Positions 50,786-59,690 of a stretch of 64,000 bases of DNA are shown here, piece by piece. Below the pieces are notes generated by a model. That model searched no databases. It had not been told where the DNA came from and worked only from the letters and a program-made list of their open reading frames with translations. The stretch spans positions 44,458 through 108,457 of the forward strand of contig DAKU01000147.1 in NCBI GenBank assembly GCA_002508425.1, read 5' to 3'. A program made the position numbers and the translations under genes. The stretch is from Methanosarcinaceae archaeon UBA470 (GTDB taxonomy: Archaea > Halobacteriota > Methanosarcinia > Methanosarcinales > Methanosarcinaceae). Every line of letters begins with the position of its first letter. Position 1 is the first letter of the stretch.

Positions 50786-52012
50786 TTGAGTCAACCTTGT
50801 GTTAATATCGGCATGGTAGGTCATGTCGACCATGGAAAAACCACTTTAGTGAGCGCATTATCAGGCGTGTGGACTGATACCCACAGTGAAGAGATGAAGC
50901 GCGGAATATCTATCAGGTTAGGATATGCAGATACTACTATCAGAAAATGCCCCAACTGCCCTGAGCCACAATGTTATACTGTACAAGATACCTGTCCGGG
51001 ATGTGGCGAGCCTTCAGAAGAAGTGCGTACTATTTCTTTTGTAGATGCTCCCGGTCACGAGACCCTGATGGCAACAATGCTTTCCGGAGCGGCTATTATG
51101 GATGGTGCCATACTTGTGATAGCTGCAAACGAGGAATGCCCCCAGCCACAGACAAAGGAACATCTGATGGCTTTGAACATCATAGGTATAAAGAATCTTC
51201 TCATTGTCCAGAATAAGATCGATCTTGTATCCAAGGAAGAGGTCATAGATCATTACAAGCAGATAAAGAGGTTTGTGAAAGGTACTGTAGCTGAAAATGC
51301 TCCTATCATCCCCGTATCTGCTCAGCAGAATATCAATATCGATGCTCTTCTTCAGGCTATGGAGGAGCACATCCCAACTCCGGAATATAAGATCGACAAA
51401 CCGGCACAAATGCTCATTGCACGTTCTTTTGATATAAACAAGCCAGGAACCCCTATAGATAAAATAAGGGGTGGTGTGATTGGTGGAACCCTTACAGAAG
51501 GCGTTCTCTCAACTGATGATGAACTTGAGATAAGGCCGGGATATAAGCTGGAAAGCGAAGGAACTACAAGATGGGTTCCAATCTTCACCAAGACTTCCAT
51601 GATATTTGCAGGTAAGGATTCTGTGGATAAAGCAACTCCTGGGGGGCTGCTTGCTGTAGGTACTACATTGGATCCTGCTATTACTAAGAGTGATTCTCTT
51701 GTGGGGCAGGTAGCCGGAAAACCTGGAACATTGCCACCAACTCGTGATATATTTACTCTTGAGCTTAATCTGCTTGAAAGGGTAGTAGGTGTGATCGATG
51801 AGGCAGAGATCGGTTCTATCAGGACAAGTGAGCCTCTTATGCTTAACGTAGGTACAGCCACTACTGTAGGTGTGGTCACCAGTGCAAGGAAGAATGTTGC
51901 TGAAGTAAAGCTGAAAAGGCCGGTATGTGCAAGTGCCGGTTCAATGGTGGCTATCAGCAGAAGAATTGGTTCAAGATGGCGCCTGATTGGTGTGGGAGTC
52001 ATAAAGTCTTGA
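50786..52012 (+). CDS. eif2g: translation initiation factor aIF-2 subunit gamma
   Basis: ORF 50654..52012. The in-frame TTG at 50786 is preferred because GGAGGG lies about 12 nt upstream and the product is 408 aa, starting (M)[20 protein letters not shown]. It has the Zn knuckle CPNCPEP...CPGCG, plus DAPGHE and NKID. Confidence 0.9.
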   Translation: MSQPCVNIGMVGHVDHGKTTLVSALSGVWTDTHSEEMKRGISIRLGYADTTIRKCPNCPEPQCYTVQDTCPGCGEPSEEVRTISFVDAPGHETLMATMLSGAAIMDGAILVIAANEECPQPQTKEHLMALNIIGIKNLLIVQNKIDLVSKEEVIDHYKQIKRFVKGTVAENAPIIPVSAQQNINIDALLQAMEEHIPTPEYKIDKPAQMLIARSFDINKPGTPIDKIRGGVIGGTLTEGVLSTDDELEIRPGYKLESEGTTRWVPIFTKTSMIFAGKDSVDKATPGGLLAVGTTLDPAITKSDSLVGQVAGKPGTLPPTRDIFTLELNLLERVVGVIDEAEIGSIRTSEPLMLNVGTATTVGVVTSARKNVAEVKLKRPVCASAGSMVAISRRIGSRWRLIGVGVIKS

Positions 52013-52374
52013 AGGTGATAATCGACACGAATGCTCTGATGATACCTGTGCAATTCAACGTAGATATATTCAGTGAATTGCACAGGCTGGGTTTTGACCA
52101 TTTCATAGTTCCTTCGGCTGTGCTGGTAGAGCTTGATAGGCTCATTGTGCTAGCCCGGGGCCAGGACCGGATGGCTGCAAAAGTAGGAAAGTCTCTGGCA
52201 CAGAGGTGTGAACTTGTTTCTCTGGAAGGGCATGCTGATGATATCATCGTGTCCCTTGCAAAGGATACAGGGGCTGCTGTTTTGACAAATGATATTGGGT
52301 TAAAGAAACGGCTGTTGGAATTGGGCATCAGGGTAATATCTCTCAGGCAAAAGACTCGTCTGGAAATACTGTGA
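52009..52374 (+). CDS. PIN-domain protein (Fcf1/Utp24-like, COG1412 type)
   Basis: Inner TTG at 52009 overlaps the aIF2-gamma TGA; GTG 52015 is an alternative. [10 protein letters not shown] and [12 protein letters not shown] supply the PIN acidic residues. The position between aIF2-gamma and rpoE' is conserved. Confidence 0.75.
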   Translation: MKVIIDTNALMIPVQFNVDIFSELHRLGFDHFIVPSAVLVELDRLIVLARGQDRMAAKVGKSLAQRCELVSLEGHADDIIVSLAKDTGAAVLTNDIGLKKRLLELGIRVISLRQKTRLEIL

Positions 52375-52445
52375 TGATTAATAGTAAAAATTATAACATA
52401 TAAATAAGTTTATAGCACAATAACTGGGCTTTTGGAGATAATCGC

Positions 52446-53015
52446 ATGTACAAGAAAATGAAACTTTCTGATACCATCCGGGTAGCTCCTACTCTTTTGG
52501 GCGGGGATGTTCAGGTCAATGTGAAAAATGCACTGAAGGAAAAGCTTGAAGGCAGGCTTGATAAACAGCTTGGTGCGATAGTTGCTGTCACTGGAATTGA
52601 ATCAGTAGGCGAGGGCCACATCCTAGTGGGTGATGGTGCAGTTTACTATGATGTTAATTTTTATGCTATCGTATTTTCACCCATGATACAGGAAGTAGTT
52701 GAAGGAGAGGTTGTTGAAACTGTTGATTTCGGGGCTTTTGTGAGTATAGGTGCCATGGATGGTCTCTTACATGTTAGCCAGATCACAGATGATTTCATGT
52801 CATATGATGGGAAAAATGGCAGGCTCATGAGCAAAACCGGTCCACGTTCCCTTGGAGAAGGTGACAAGGTAAGGGCCAGGATAGTTGCGCTCAGTATTAA
52901 TGAAAGGGAACCAAGGGAGAGTAAGATTGGTCTTACTATGAGGCAGAGTGCCTTGGGTAAACTGGAGTGGCTTGAAGAAGAGAGAACGAAATCCAACGTG
53001 CAAGAAGAGGGTTGA
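52446..53015 (+). CDS. rpoE: DNA-directed RNA polymerase subunit E' (Rpo7)
   Basis: 189-aa ORF with an N-terminal Rpb7-like fold and a C-terminal S1 domain (GEVVETVDFGAFVSIG.MDGLLHVSQI). Confidence 0.9.
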   Translation: MYKKMKLSDTIRVAPTLLGGDVQVNVKNALKEKLEGRLDKQLGAIVAVTGIESVGEGHILVGDGAVYYDVNFYAIVFSPMIQEVVEGEVVETVDFGAFVSIGAMDGLLHVSQITDDFMSYDGKNGRLMSKTGPRSLGEGDKVRARIVALSINEREPRESKIGLTMRQSALGKLEWLEEERTKSNVQEEG

Positions 53016-53017
53016 AC

Positions 53018-53203
53018 ATGGCAGATCAGGTTTGTAGGGAATGCCACAGAATAGTTACAGGTCAAACATGTCTAATATGCAGTTCCAGCAATCTTAGCAG
53101 TGATTGGAGCGGCATGGTCATTATTGTAGATCCCGAAAATTCCGAAATAGCCCAGAAAATGGAGATAAAAGTAGCCGATCGATATGCACTGAAGGTGCGT
53201 TAA
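53018..53203 (+). CDS. spt4: transcription elongation factor Spt4 / RpoE''
   Basis: 61 aa from ATG 53018 (GAGGG 7 nt upstream; the ORF track starts at TTG 53012). It has the zinc ribbon CRECHRIV...CLICSS, directly after rpoE'. Confidence 0.85.
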   Translation: MADQVCRECHRIVTGQTCLICSSSNLSSDWSGMVIIVDPENSEIAQKMEIKVADRYALKVR

Positions 53204-53785
53204 TTGGTAAAAACAATTCACCTCCCGGAAGAACTGCGTCCTTTGTTAAGGAAAACCTTTGGTGTTCTTTACACAGGTGTAGGGGATGACACCATTCAGA
53301 AGCTTTCCAAAGACCTGGGAAGCCCCACAAAACTTATATCGGTGGGTGATGTTACTACATTCCACTTGCTCAATTCAAATATTATTCCGGACATCCTTAT
53401 CGTTGATGACCGGACAAAACGCGGGCCTGCGTCAGCCAGCGTAGTAGTAGGCACAAAGCATACAGGGTTCTGTGAAATATTCGTGGATAATCCTCCAGGG
53501 GTCATAACCGAGGATTTGATCGATGTGGTCCATGACGCAATAAAATCAGAGGACCATGTGCGAATATTCGTGCGCGGCGAAGAGGACCTTGCGGCATTGC
53601 CTGCAATCCTACTGGCACCCGAAGGTTCGGTTGTGCTATATGGGCAACCGGATGAAGGTGTGGTGTTTGTCAATATCACAAAATCCAAAAAGGAAGAGAT
53701 CCTTGACCTGCTTGATAAAATAATTGGCGGGCAGGAAGATAGGAACAATATGATAGATATTCGGAGGAAATTCAATGGATATTAA
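53204..53785 (+). CDS. GTP-dependent dephospho-CoA kinase (DUF359 family)
   Basis: 193-aa ORF with a TTG start abutting the spt4 TAA. ISVGDVTT...PDILIVDDRTKR is the DUF359 pattern, and the position before S24e is conserved. Confidence 0.75.
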   Translation: MVKTIHLPEELRPLLRKTFGVLYTGVGDDTIQKLSKDLGSPTKLISVGDVTTFHLLNSNIIPDILIVDDRTKRGPASASVVVGTKHTGFCEIFVDNPPGVITEDLIDVVHDAIKSEDHVRIFVRGEEDLAALPAILLAPEGSVVLYGQPDEGVVFVNITKSKKEEILDLLDKIIGGQEDRNNMIDIRRKFNGY

Positions 53786-54089
53786 GATTATTGAGGATAA
53801 GAATAATGTACTTATAAAAAGGCGTGAGCTTAAGTTCGAGGTAACCTTTGAAGGGCCCACTCCTACAAGAATGGATGTAAAAAATAAAATGGCTGCATTA
53901 CTGAACGTACCACTGGAACTTGTGGTCATCCAGAGGATGAAGAACGACTTCGGGAGACAGCTAGTCAATGGATATGCAAAGATCTATGAGGATCCTGCCC
54001 GTATGAAACAGGTGGAAAAGGATCATATCATTGAGCGGAACAAGCTGCCAGAGGCACCAGAGGAAAAGGCAGAAGCAGCGGAAGAATAA
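53775..54089 (+). CDS. rps24e: 30S ribosomal protein S24e
   Basis: 104-aa ORF. MDIKIIEDKNNVLIKRRELKFEV.FEG.TP.R..V..K.A is typical of eS24. It overlaps the preceding gene by 11 nt. Confidence 0.9.
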   Translation: MDIKIIEDKNNVLIKRRELKFEVTFEGPTPTRMDVKNKMAALLNVPLELVVIQRMKNDFGRQLVNGYAKIYEDPARMKQVEKDHIIERNKLPEAPEEKAEAAEE

Positions 54090-54101
54090 GTAGGTGTAAC
54101 A

Positions 54102-54251
54102 ATGGCAGTAAAAGATTACTATAAGGTTAGCGGCGACAAACTAGAAAGGACACACCAGGCCTGCCCCAGATGCGGAGAAGGTGTATTCCTTGCTGAACAC
54201 AAGGACAGGCGTACCTGCGGCAAATGCGGTTACACCGAGTTCAAGAAATAA
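54102..54251 (+). CDS. rps27ae: 30S ribosomal protein S27ae
   Basis: Below the ORF-track cutoff. Manual translation gives [49 protein letters not shown] (49 aa) with a C4 zinc ribbon, directly after S24e as in other archaea. Confidence 0.9.
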   Translation: MAVKDYYKVSGDKLERTHQACPRCGEGVFLAEHKDRRTCGKCGYTEFKK

Positions 54252-54265
54252 ATTTTAATATCACC

Positions 54266-54295
54266 TTCTTTTTTCTTTCTTTTTTTTATTTTTGT
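54266..54295 (+). terminator. oligo-T terminator region after the S27ae operon
   Basis: CTTCTTTTTTCTTTCTTTTTTTTATTTTTG starts 15 nt after the stop. Archaeal termination uses T-tracts. Confidence 0.5.
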
Positions 54296-54613
54296 TCTAT
54301 CCTATATTATCTTTAGTTGTATCTATTTGCCAAACAGAAGAATTACGAAATGTTTTTAACTCATGGTAATGTACCTGCCATATATTAGGTGCAGATATAA
54401 CAATTGTTAAATATGCATCTATTCAAATTTATTACTAGGTAATAAATCTGAGCATATACCTTGCAAATGAAGTGGTACGAATAAATAAAAGACAAGGCGA
54501 AACTACAATTATCTCTATGATTGATAGTTGTTTTTCCATTTACCTGAATACGGTTAGGATTTATGAGTCCCTCTTATTGTGTATCGATAAATAACCAAAA
54601 AATGATGAAATAG

Positions 54614-54683
54614 AGATGTGTGAGCACTCCTGCCCGCCGCCAAGCAAGAACAGGAGTGCTTTGCATATTATCGGGGAGATAAC
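54614..54683 (+). promoter_or_regulatory. conserved leader with 10-bp hairpin upstream of CobN-like gene 1
   Basis: Positions 54614-54687 match 59621-59694 at 73 of 74 positions. The stem AGCACTCCTG (54623-54632) / CAGGAGTGCT (54651-54660) encloses the 18-nt loop CCCGCCGCCAAGCAAGAA. The SD GGGGAG at 54673-54678 lies 5 nt before the ATG. Confidence 0.6.
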
Positions 54684-57600
54684 ATGCGACAATATCATGC
54701 GTTGACATTAGCATTAAGCCTTTTGTTGTTAGCGTTGCTGACAACTGTTGCATCGGCAGACGAAAATACACTTACTTTTGTGCTGGGAACATCTGAAAAC
54801 CAGCAATCTTTGGCAAATGCAAGTCTTAGCAGTCAGGCGAACATCCTAATATATAATTATCAGGATGTGCCTGATCTATCAGATTCGAGTATTGTGTTCT
54901 TTGCTTCGATTAACGACAGTGCATATTCAAATCTGACAGTAAATAGCAGTGCCGTCATTTGTGGATACAACCTTACAAATACCTCACTTGTAAACACAGA
55001 AAACGACAATATTACAAAGTATTGGGTATATGGTGGAGACTCCAACATAGCCAATATGATCAGTTACATGGAAAATCAGTTTCTAGATTATTCTTCAACG
55101 GTCTATAATCCCCCGGTAACATCTGAAAATCGAATTAACGTAACCATTATTACCGGAAGCAGTGGAGTAAAATCTGGTTTACTTCTGGCAAATGATGATC
55201 CTTTGGTGAGTAAATACGCTCGGGTCAATGTGGTCAACTCAGTTGATGAGATGCCAATAAGTCTGGTCGCAGAAGACATCATTATGCTTGAAATGCTAAG
55301 TTCCGACTGGATATCATCAGCAACAGAACTTTCTACAGAAGCTATGGAACAAAATAATGCCACTGTATTGACTTTGCACACCAGCTTAATAGAAGGCTTT
55401 GGTAACGTCAATGTGTCATCCGCAGAATATGCAACCATTGGCAAGTACTGGGAGTATAAAGGTGATGAGAACATGCGCCGCCTTGTATTATTCCTTGCTG
55501 CTACCTATAAAGATCCCTCAATACCAGTACTTGATCCTGTTGCAAGATCTGTATACGGTTTTTATCACCCTGATGCCCCTGATATATTTGAAACCACTGC
55601 AGAATATCTGGAATGGTATAATTCGACTGGCAAATATAACCCCAATAACATTACGGTGGGAATACTGGAATATCAAGTTCCTACGGCAGAACTAACATCC
55701 AAGGTGGAAGATGCTCTTATTAGAGAGATAGAGTCAAAAGGATGTAATGCAATGTTCGCCTCCTTTTATGTAAAGGACCCGAATTCAACGGAATATTTCA
55801 TGCCAAATGGTACTCCTGTTGTTGATGTAGTTATTTCACTTAGAAGTTATTCACTGGGACAACCCGATACAAACCTTACTCCTGAAATGGCACTTGAATT
55901 CCTGAAAGAACTTAATGTACCGGTGTTGCATGGCACTACCTGTTATTATGACACTGAAGGTATCACATATAAGGGGTCACAGGCAGAATGGGAAAATACC
56001 AGTATAGGTCTTTCTTCGGGTGACATTGCCCGCAACGTCGTCCTACCTGAGTTTGATGGCATATTTGACCCAATCATCTTAAGCTGGAAGAATAAAGATG
56101 AAAACGGTGTTGCATATAATGTAGACCCTCTTGAAGAGCATGTTGAATGGCTGGTTTCCCGTAGTATCAATCATGCACAGTTGGGTGAAATTCCAAATTC
56201 AGAAAAGAAAGTTGCTGTCCTTTATTACAACCACGGAGGAGGTAAAAATAACTTTGCTGCAGTTTATCTCGATGTTCCGGAAAGCCTTAGTAATTTTGTC
56301 GAAGCTATGAACGCTTCAGGTTATAATACTGGAACAGGGCCAATTCCAAACGAAACAGAACTTTTAGACCTGATGGTCCTTCAGGGTCGAAATGTAGGTA
56401 CTTGGGCACCGGGTGAACTTGAAAGCATGGTTGCTACCGGGAAAGTAGTGCTATGGCCTGTTGAAGAATACATGGAATGGTTCAACGCTCTTCCCAAAGA
56501 AAACAGGGATGAGGTTATTGAGCAATGGGGTCCTGCACCCGGAGAGATAATGGTATATGAAAACTCCTCTGGTAGCTATTTCGTTATTCCACGCATAGAG
56601 TTTGGAAATGTAATACTGGGCCCGCAGCCGACACGTGGATGGGAGCAGAATGAAGAGGCTATGTACCATAATTCTTCACTTCCGCCGCATCATCAATACC
56701 TGGCTTATTATCTGTGGCTCCAGCACGAGTATGGGGCAGATGCTATTGTACATTTCGGAACACATGGTACACAGGAGTGGCTTCCAGGAAAAAATGTAGC
56801 ATTATCCAGATATGACTGGCCTTCAGTTATGGTTGGTGACATGCCTGTGATCTACCCATACATAATGGATGACGTGGGTGAAGGAATACAGGCAAAAAGA
56901 CGTGGTAATGCGCTTATTGTAGACCATTTGACTTCTCCTATAATTGAAGCCGGATTATACGGAGGTTATGAAAACATTTCTGATTACATTACTCAGTACA
57001 ATGATGTGAGCATTGCTGAAAATGTAAAAGCCGAATACAAGGCTCTGATAATTCAGGAATATGCTGAACTTGCTTTGGTAGATGCGCTCGGTCTTGATTC
57101 AGCATATTTGAGTAACACAACTGAAGACCAGTTCGATATATTCCTCGAAGATTCTCTTGAACCTTATTTGGAATCACTCGAAACGGCAAGTATGCCTTAT
57201 GGTATGCACGTTATTGGAGAGCAACCTCCTGCTGAACAAATAATTGGAATGATACGCTTAATGCTCGGTGATGACTATATTGCTCTTATCGAGTCTATTA
57301 ACGGCTCTGCGAATGTATCTACTCGTTTACTGGAAAATGTTCTTCTGAATGGTACATCTATAACTGATGCCCAGGAAGAGATGCTTGGAACAAATAATTC
57401 AAATGTGACGGCTTATCTCGAAGAGGGTGAAACATACTATCAGAATATCTTGGATTGTGATCAGGAAATTCCAAACATATTGCGTGCACTGAATGGTGAA
57501 TATATTTTGCCTGACAGTGGTAACGATCCAATCAGAAGTCCAGGTTCTTTACCAACAGGTATCGATTTCTATTCAATTGATCCACGTACAGTTCCGGGAG

Positions 57601-59228
57601 AAGCCGAGTGGCTGGCAGGTGCAAAGGTTGCTAATCAGACACTTAAATTATATAAGGAAGGCCATGATGGTGCATATCCGGAAACCATATCTTTTATAGC
57701 TTTCTCAACAGAACTTATTCGCAATAGGGGAGTCACTGAATCAGAAGTATTGTATTTACTTGGTGTTGAACCTGCATGGGATTCAAACGGCAGAGTTGAT
57801 CTAGAGGCCTTCAGTGTTATTCCTGAAAGTGAACTAGGAAGACCAAGAATTGATATCCTGTATGTGGCGTCTGGATTGTACAGGGACATGTATCCTGATA
57901 AGCTGGAAATGATAGATTATGCTGTGAGGCTTGCATCTAATGCATCGAACTCCACATATCCGAACTATGTTAAGCAGCATTCTGAATTAATATACCAACA
58001 GTTAATTGCCCAGAATTATACGGCAGAAGAAGCAAAGTTGCTTTCTGAGTCAAGGGTAGTTAGTCGTCAATCAGGAGTTTATGGAACGGGACTTGAAGAT
58101 GCGATCGGTGCAAGCAATACATGGGAAAATGAATCAAAACTTGCAGAATTATACATAGACAATCTGGACAACTTCTATGGAGCAGATATCTGGGATGAAT
58201 CTAATACTGATGTATTTGAAGCTATCCTTGGAACTGTGGATGTTGCTGTAAAGTCAGATTCCACTAACCTGCTGGGTCTTATGGATAATGATGATTTTGT
58301 ATCGTGGTTTGGAGGACTTGCACTTGCAGTTAGGGATGTGTCAGGTGAGACCCCTGAATTGTATGTTAATGACTTCACTGATCCTGAGAACCTATTGACA
58401 GAATCATTGAATACGGTGTTGAGCCGGGAGCTGACTGCCCGTTACTTTAATCCAAGCTGGATCGGAGGAATGATGGGAAGTGGCTATGCAGGAGCCCAGG
58501 AAATGGATAGGTTTGTGGAATTCCTTTGGATGTGGGAAGTTACTACCCCTGATGTTGTCTCGGATGCGTCTTGGGATCAAGTCTATGAGACCTATGTTCT
58601 GGATTCAAAGAACCTTGGGCTTGACGAATTCTTTAGTGAAAATGCATATTCCTATCAGTCTATCGCTGCACAGCTGATTGAAACATCTCGAAAAGGCTAC
58701 TGGGATGCATCAGACGAAGTTGTCCAGAACTTGGTGAAAGAATATGTTGAATCCGTGGTAGAAGATGGTGTAACATGTTGTCACCACACATGCGGTAACC
58801 CCTTGTTGGATGACTACATACAGGGTGTCATGTCTGTTCCGGGTGTTGTGGATGAAGAAACCGCAGCTCAGTACAAACAACTCATGGAAGAAGCAACTAC
58901 AGCGACTGAAACTGAAAGTAGTTCCAGTCACAGCAGCAGTTCCAGTGATAAGAAACTGGAAGTTACCAACCAGGACACAAGCTCTAGATCAAACCAGACT
59001 ACTAGTTCACAGGTAGGTGCAGGTGCAGATCTTAGCAAGCAGGCGCCTGAAACATCCAAGTCAACTCCAGATAACTATGTAGAAGGCTATGAGATGACAA
59101 AAGAAACTGTTTCTCAACCTGAAAGCAACAGCAACAAGTTCTCTGGTTCAGACATAGTAGCCTTTGTATTGGTAGTAGTTGCAGCAGGAGCAGTATTCCT
59201 TGGATTCATGAGAAAGAAGAAAATGTAA
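54684..59228 (+). CDS. secreted, C-terminally membrane-anchored CobN/ChlH (class I chelatase large subunit)-like protein, copy 1
   Basis: 1514-aa ORF with the signal peptide MRQYHALTLALSLLLLALLTTVASA/DE. CobN/ChlH family blocks are HFGTHGTQEWLPGK, LPTGIDFYSIDPR and MPYGMHVIGE. It carries more than two dozen N-x-S/T sequons, a Ser/Thr-rich linker, and a C-terminal TM helix IVAFVLVVVAAGAVFLGF followed by MRKKKM. Confidence 0.85.
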   Translation: MRQYHALTLALSLLLLALLTTVASADENTLTFVLGTSENQQSLANASLSSQANILIYNYQDVPDLSDSSIVFFASINDSAYSNLTVNSSAVICGYNLTNTSLVNTENDNITKYWVYGGDSNIANMISYMENQFLDYSSTVYNPPVTSENRINVTIITGSSGVKSGLLLANDDPLVSKYARVNVVNSVDEMPISLVAEDIIMLEMLSSDWISSATELSTEAMEQNNATVLTLHTSLIEGFGNVNVSSAEYATIGKYWEYKGDENMRRLVLFLAATYKDPSIPVLDPVARSVYGFYHPDAPDIFETTAEYLEWYNSTGKYNPNNITVGILEYQVPTAELTSKVEDALIREIESKGCNAMFASFYVKDPNSTEYFMPNGTPVVDVVISLRSYSLGQPDTNLTPEMALEFLKELNVPVLHGTTCYYDTEGITYKGSQAEWENTSIGLSSGDIARNVVLPEFDGIFDPIILSWKNKDENGVAYNVDPLEEHVEWLVSRSINHAQLGEIPNSEKKVAVLYYNHGGGKNNFAAVYLDVPESLSNFVEAMNASGYNTGTGPIPNETELLDLMVLQGRNVGTWAPGELESMVATGKVVLWPVEEYMEWFNALPKENRDEVIEQWGPAPGEIMVYENSSGSYFVIPRIEFGNVILGPQPTRGWEQNEEAMYHNSSLPPHHQYLAYYLWLQHEYGADAIVHFGTHGTQEWLPGKNVALSRYDWPSVMVGDMPVIYPYIMDDVGEGIQAKRRGNALIVDHLTSPIIEAGLYGGYENISDYITQYNDVSIAENVKAEYKALIIQEYAELALVDALGLDSAYLSNTTEDQFDIFLEDSLEPYLESLETASMPYGMHVIGEQPPAEQIIGMIRLMLGDDYIALIESINGSANVSTRLLENVLLNGTSITDAQEEMLGTNNSNVTAYLEEGETYYQNILDCDQEIPNILRALNGEYILPDSGNDPIRSPGSLPTGIDFYSIDPRTVPGEAEWLAGAKVANQTLKLYKEGHDGAYPETISFIAFSTELIRNRGVTESEVLYLLGVEPAWDSNGRVDLEAFSVIPESELGRPRIDILYVASGLYRDMYPDKLEMIDYAVRLASNASNSTYPNYVKQHSELIYQQLIAQNYTAEEAKLLSESRVVSRQSGVYGTGLEDAIGASNTWENESKLAELYIDNLDNFYGADIWDESNTDVFEAILGTVDVAVKSDSTNLLGLMDNDDFVSWFGGLALAVRDVSGETPELYVNDFTDPENLLTESLNTVLSRELTARYFNPSWIGGMMGSGYAGAQEMDRFVEFLWMWEVTTPDVVSDASWDQVYETYVLDSKNLGLDEFFSENAYSYQSIAAQLIETSRKGYWDASDEVVQNLVKEYVESVVEDGVTCCHHTCGNPLLDDYIQGVMSVPGVVDEETAAQYKQLMEEATTATETESSSSHSSSSSDKKLEVTNQDTSSRSNQTTSSQVGAGADLSKQAPETSKSTPDNYVEGYEMTKETVSQPESNSNKFSGSDIVAFVLVVVAAGAVFLGFMRKKKM

Positions 59229-59248
59229 GAAGACTACAAGGTATCTTT

Positions 59249-59312
59249 GGACAATCCATGATCTTATTGTAGGTTCTGGATTGTTCAATGTATTTTTTAT
59301 TTTCTGTTTTTA
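59249..59312 (+). terminator. 3' hairpin + T-tracts after CobN-like gene 1
   Basis: GGACAATCCA (59249-59258) pairs with TGGATTGTTC (59277-59286), 10 bp including one G-U, followed by AATGTATTTTTTATTTTCTGTTTTT. Confidence 0.55.
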
Positions 59313-59620
59313 AATAATCCTTATTCCTATTGTTTATCGCCCGATTAATTACGAAAGGTTTTTAATACTATGGTATATACCATTCAATTAATAGGATAAA
59401 TACTAACAGTTAATAGTATATACTCGACATATATCCTATAAATACTAATATTACTAAGTATATCTCTATTTGCTTTAAGGTGGTACAATGATAAATGCAA
59501 GCAAAAATATGACAAGCAATCCAAATTTACCTAGCTACACCTACTACACTTTTCTATTTGTCAGAATATGCTTAGCTTTTTCAAGTACCTCTTATTGCTA
59601 ATCGAGAGATAAATGAAAAA

Positions 59621-59690
59621 AGATGTGTGAGCACTCCTGCCCGCCACCAAGCAAGAACAGGAGTGCTTTGCATATTATCGGGGAGATAAC
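59621..59690 (+). promoter_or_regulatory. conserved leader with 10-bp hairpin upstream of CobN-like gene 2
   Basis: Same element as 54614-54683. The stem is 59630-59639 / 59658-59667. The single difference (A at 59646 versus G at 54639) lies in the loop. The SD GGGGAG precedes ATG 59691. Confidence 0.6.

Larger units (their letters stand above)
54300..59312 (+). repeat. tandem duplication unit 1 (promoter region + leader + CobN-like gene + 3' hairpin)
   Basis: Alignable by eye with 59318-64000. Shared blocks in the upstream spacer include AATTACGAAA.GTTTTTAA, GGTGGTAC.AATGATAAAT and CCTCTTATTG. The leader, the CDS and the 3' hairpin also align. The period is 5007 nt between start codons. Confidence 0.8.

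Noticed and set aside
54614-54683. Assigning the conserved leader to a known riboswitch class (cobalamin, NiCo, etc.)
   Set aside because: The element is a single short hairpin. I see no B12-box-like GCCACTG core or a multi-helix junction as expected for the cobalamin or NiCo classes. The class assignment is rejected and the element is kept as unclassified.
54574-54771. 65-aa minus-strand ORF across the leader and start of CobN-like gene 1
   Set aside because: It is antisense to the conserved leader and signal-peptide codons. There is no equivalent intact ORF at the paralogous position that would argue for coding constraint.
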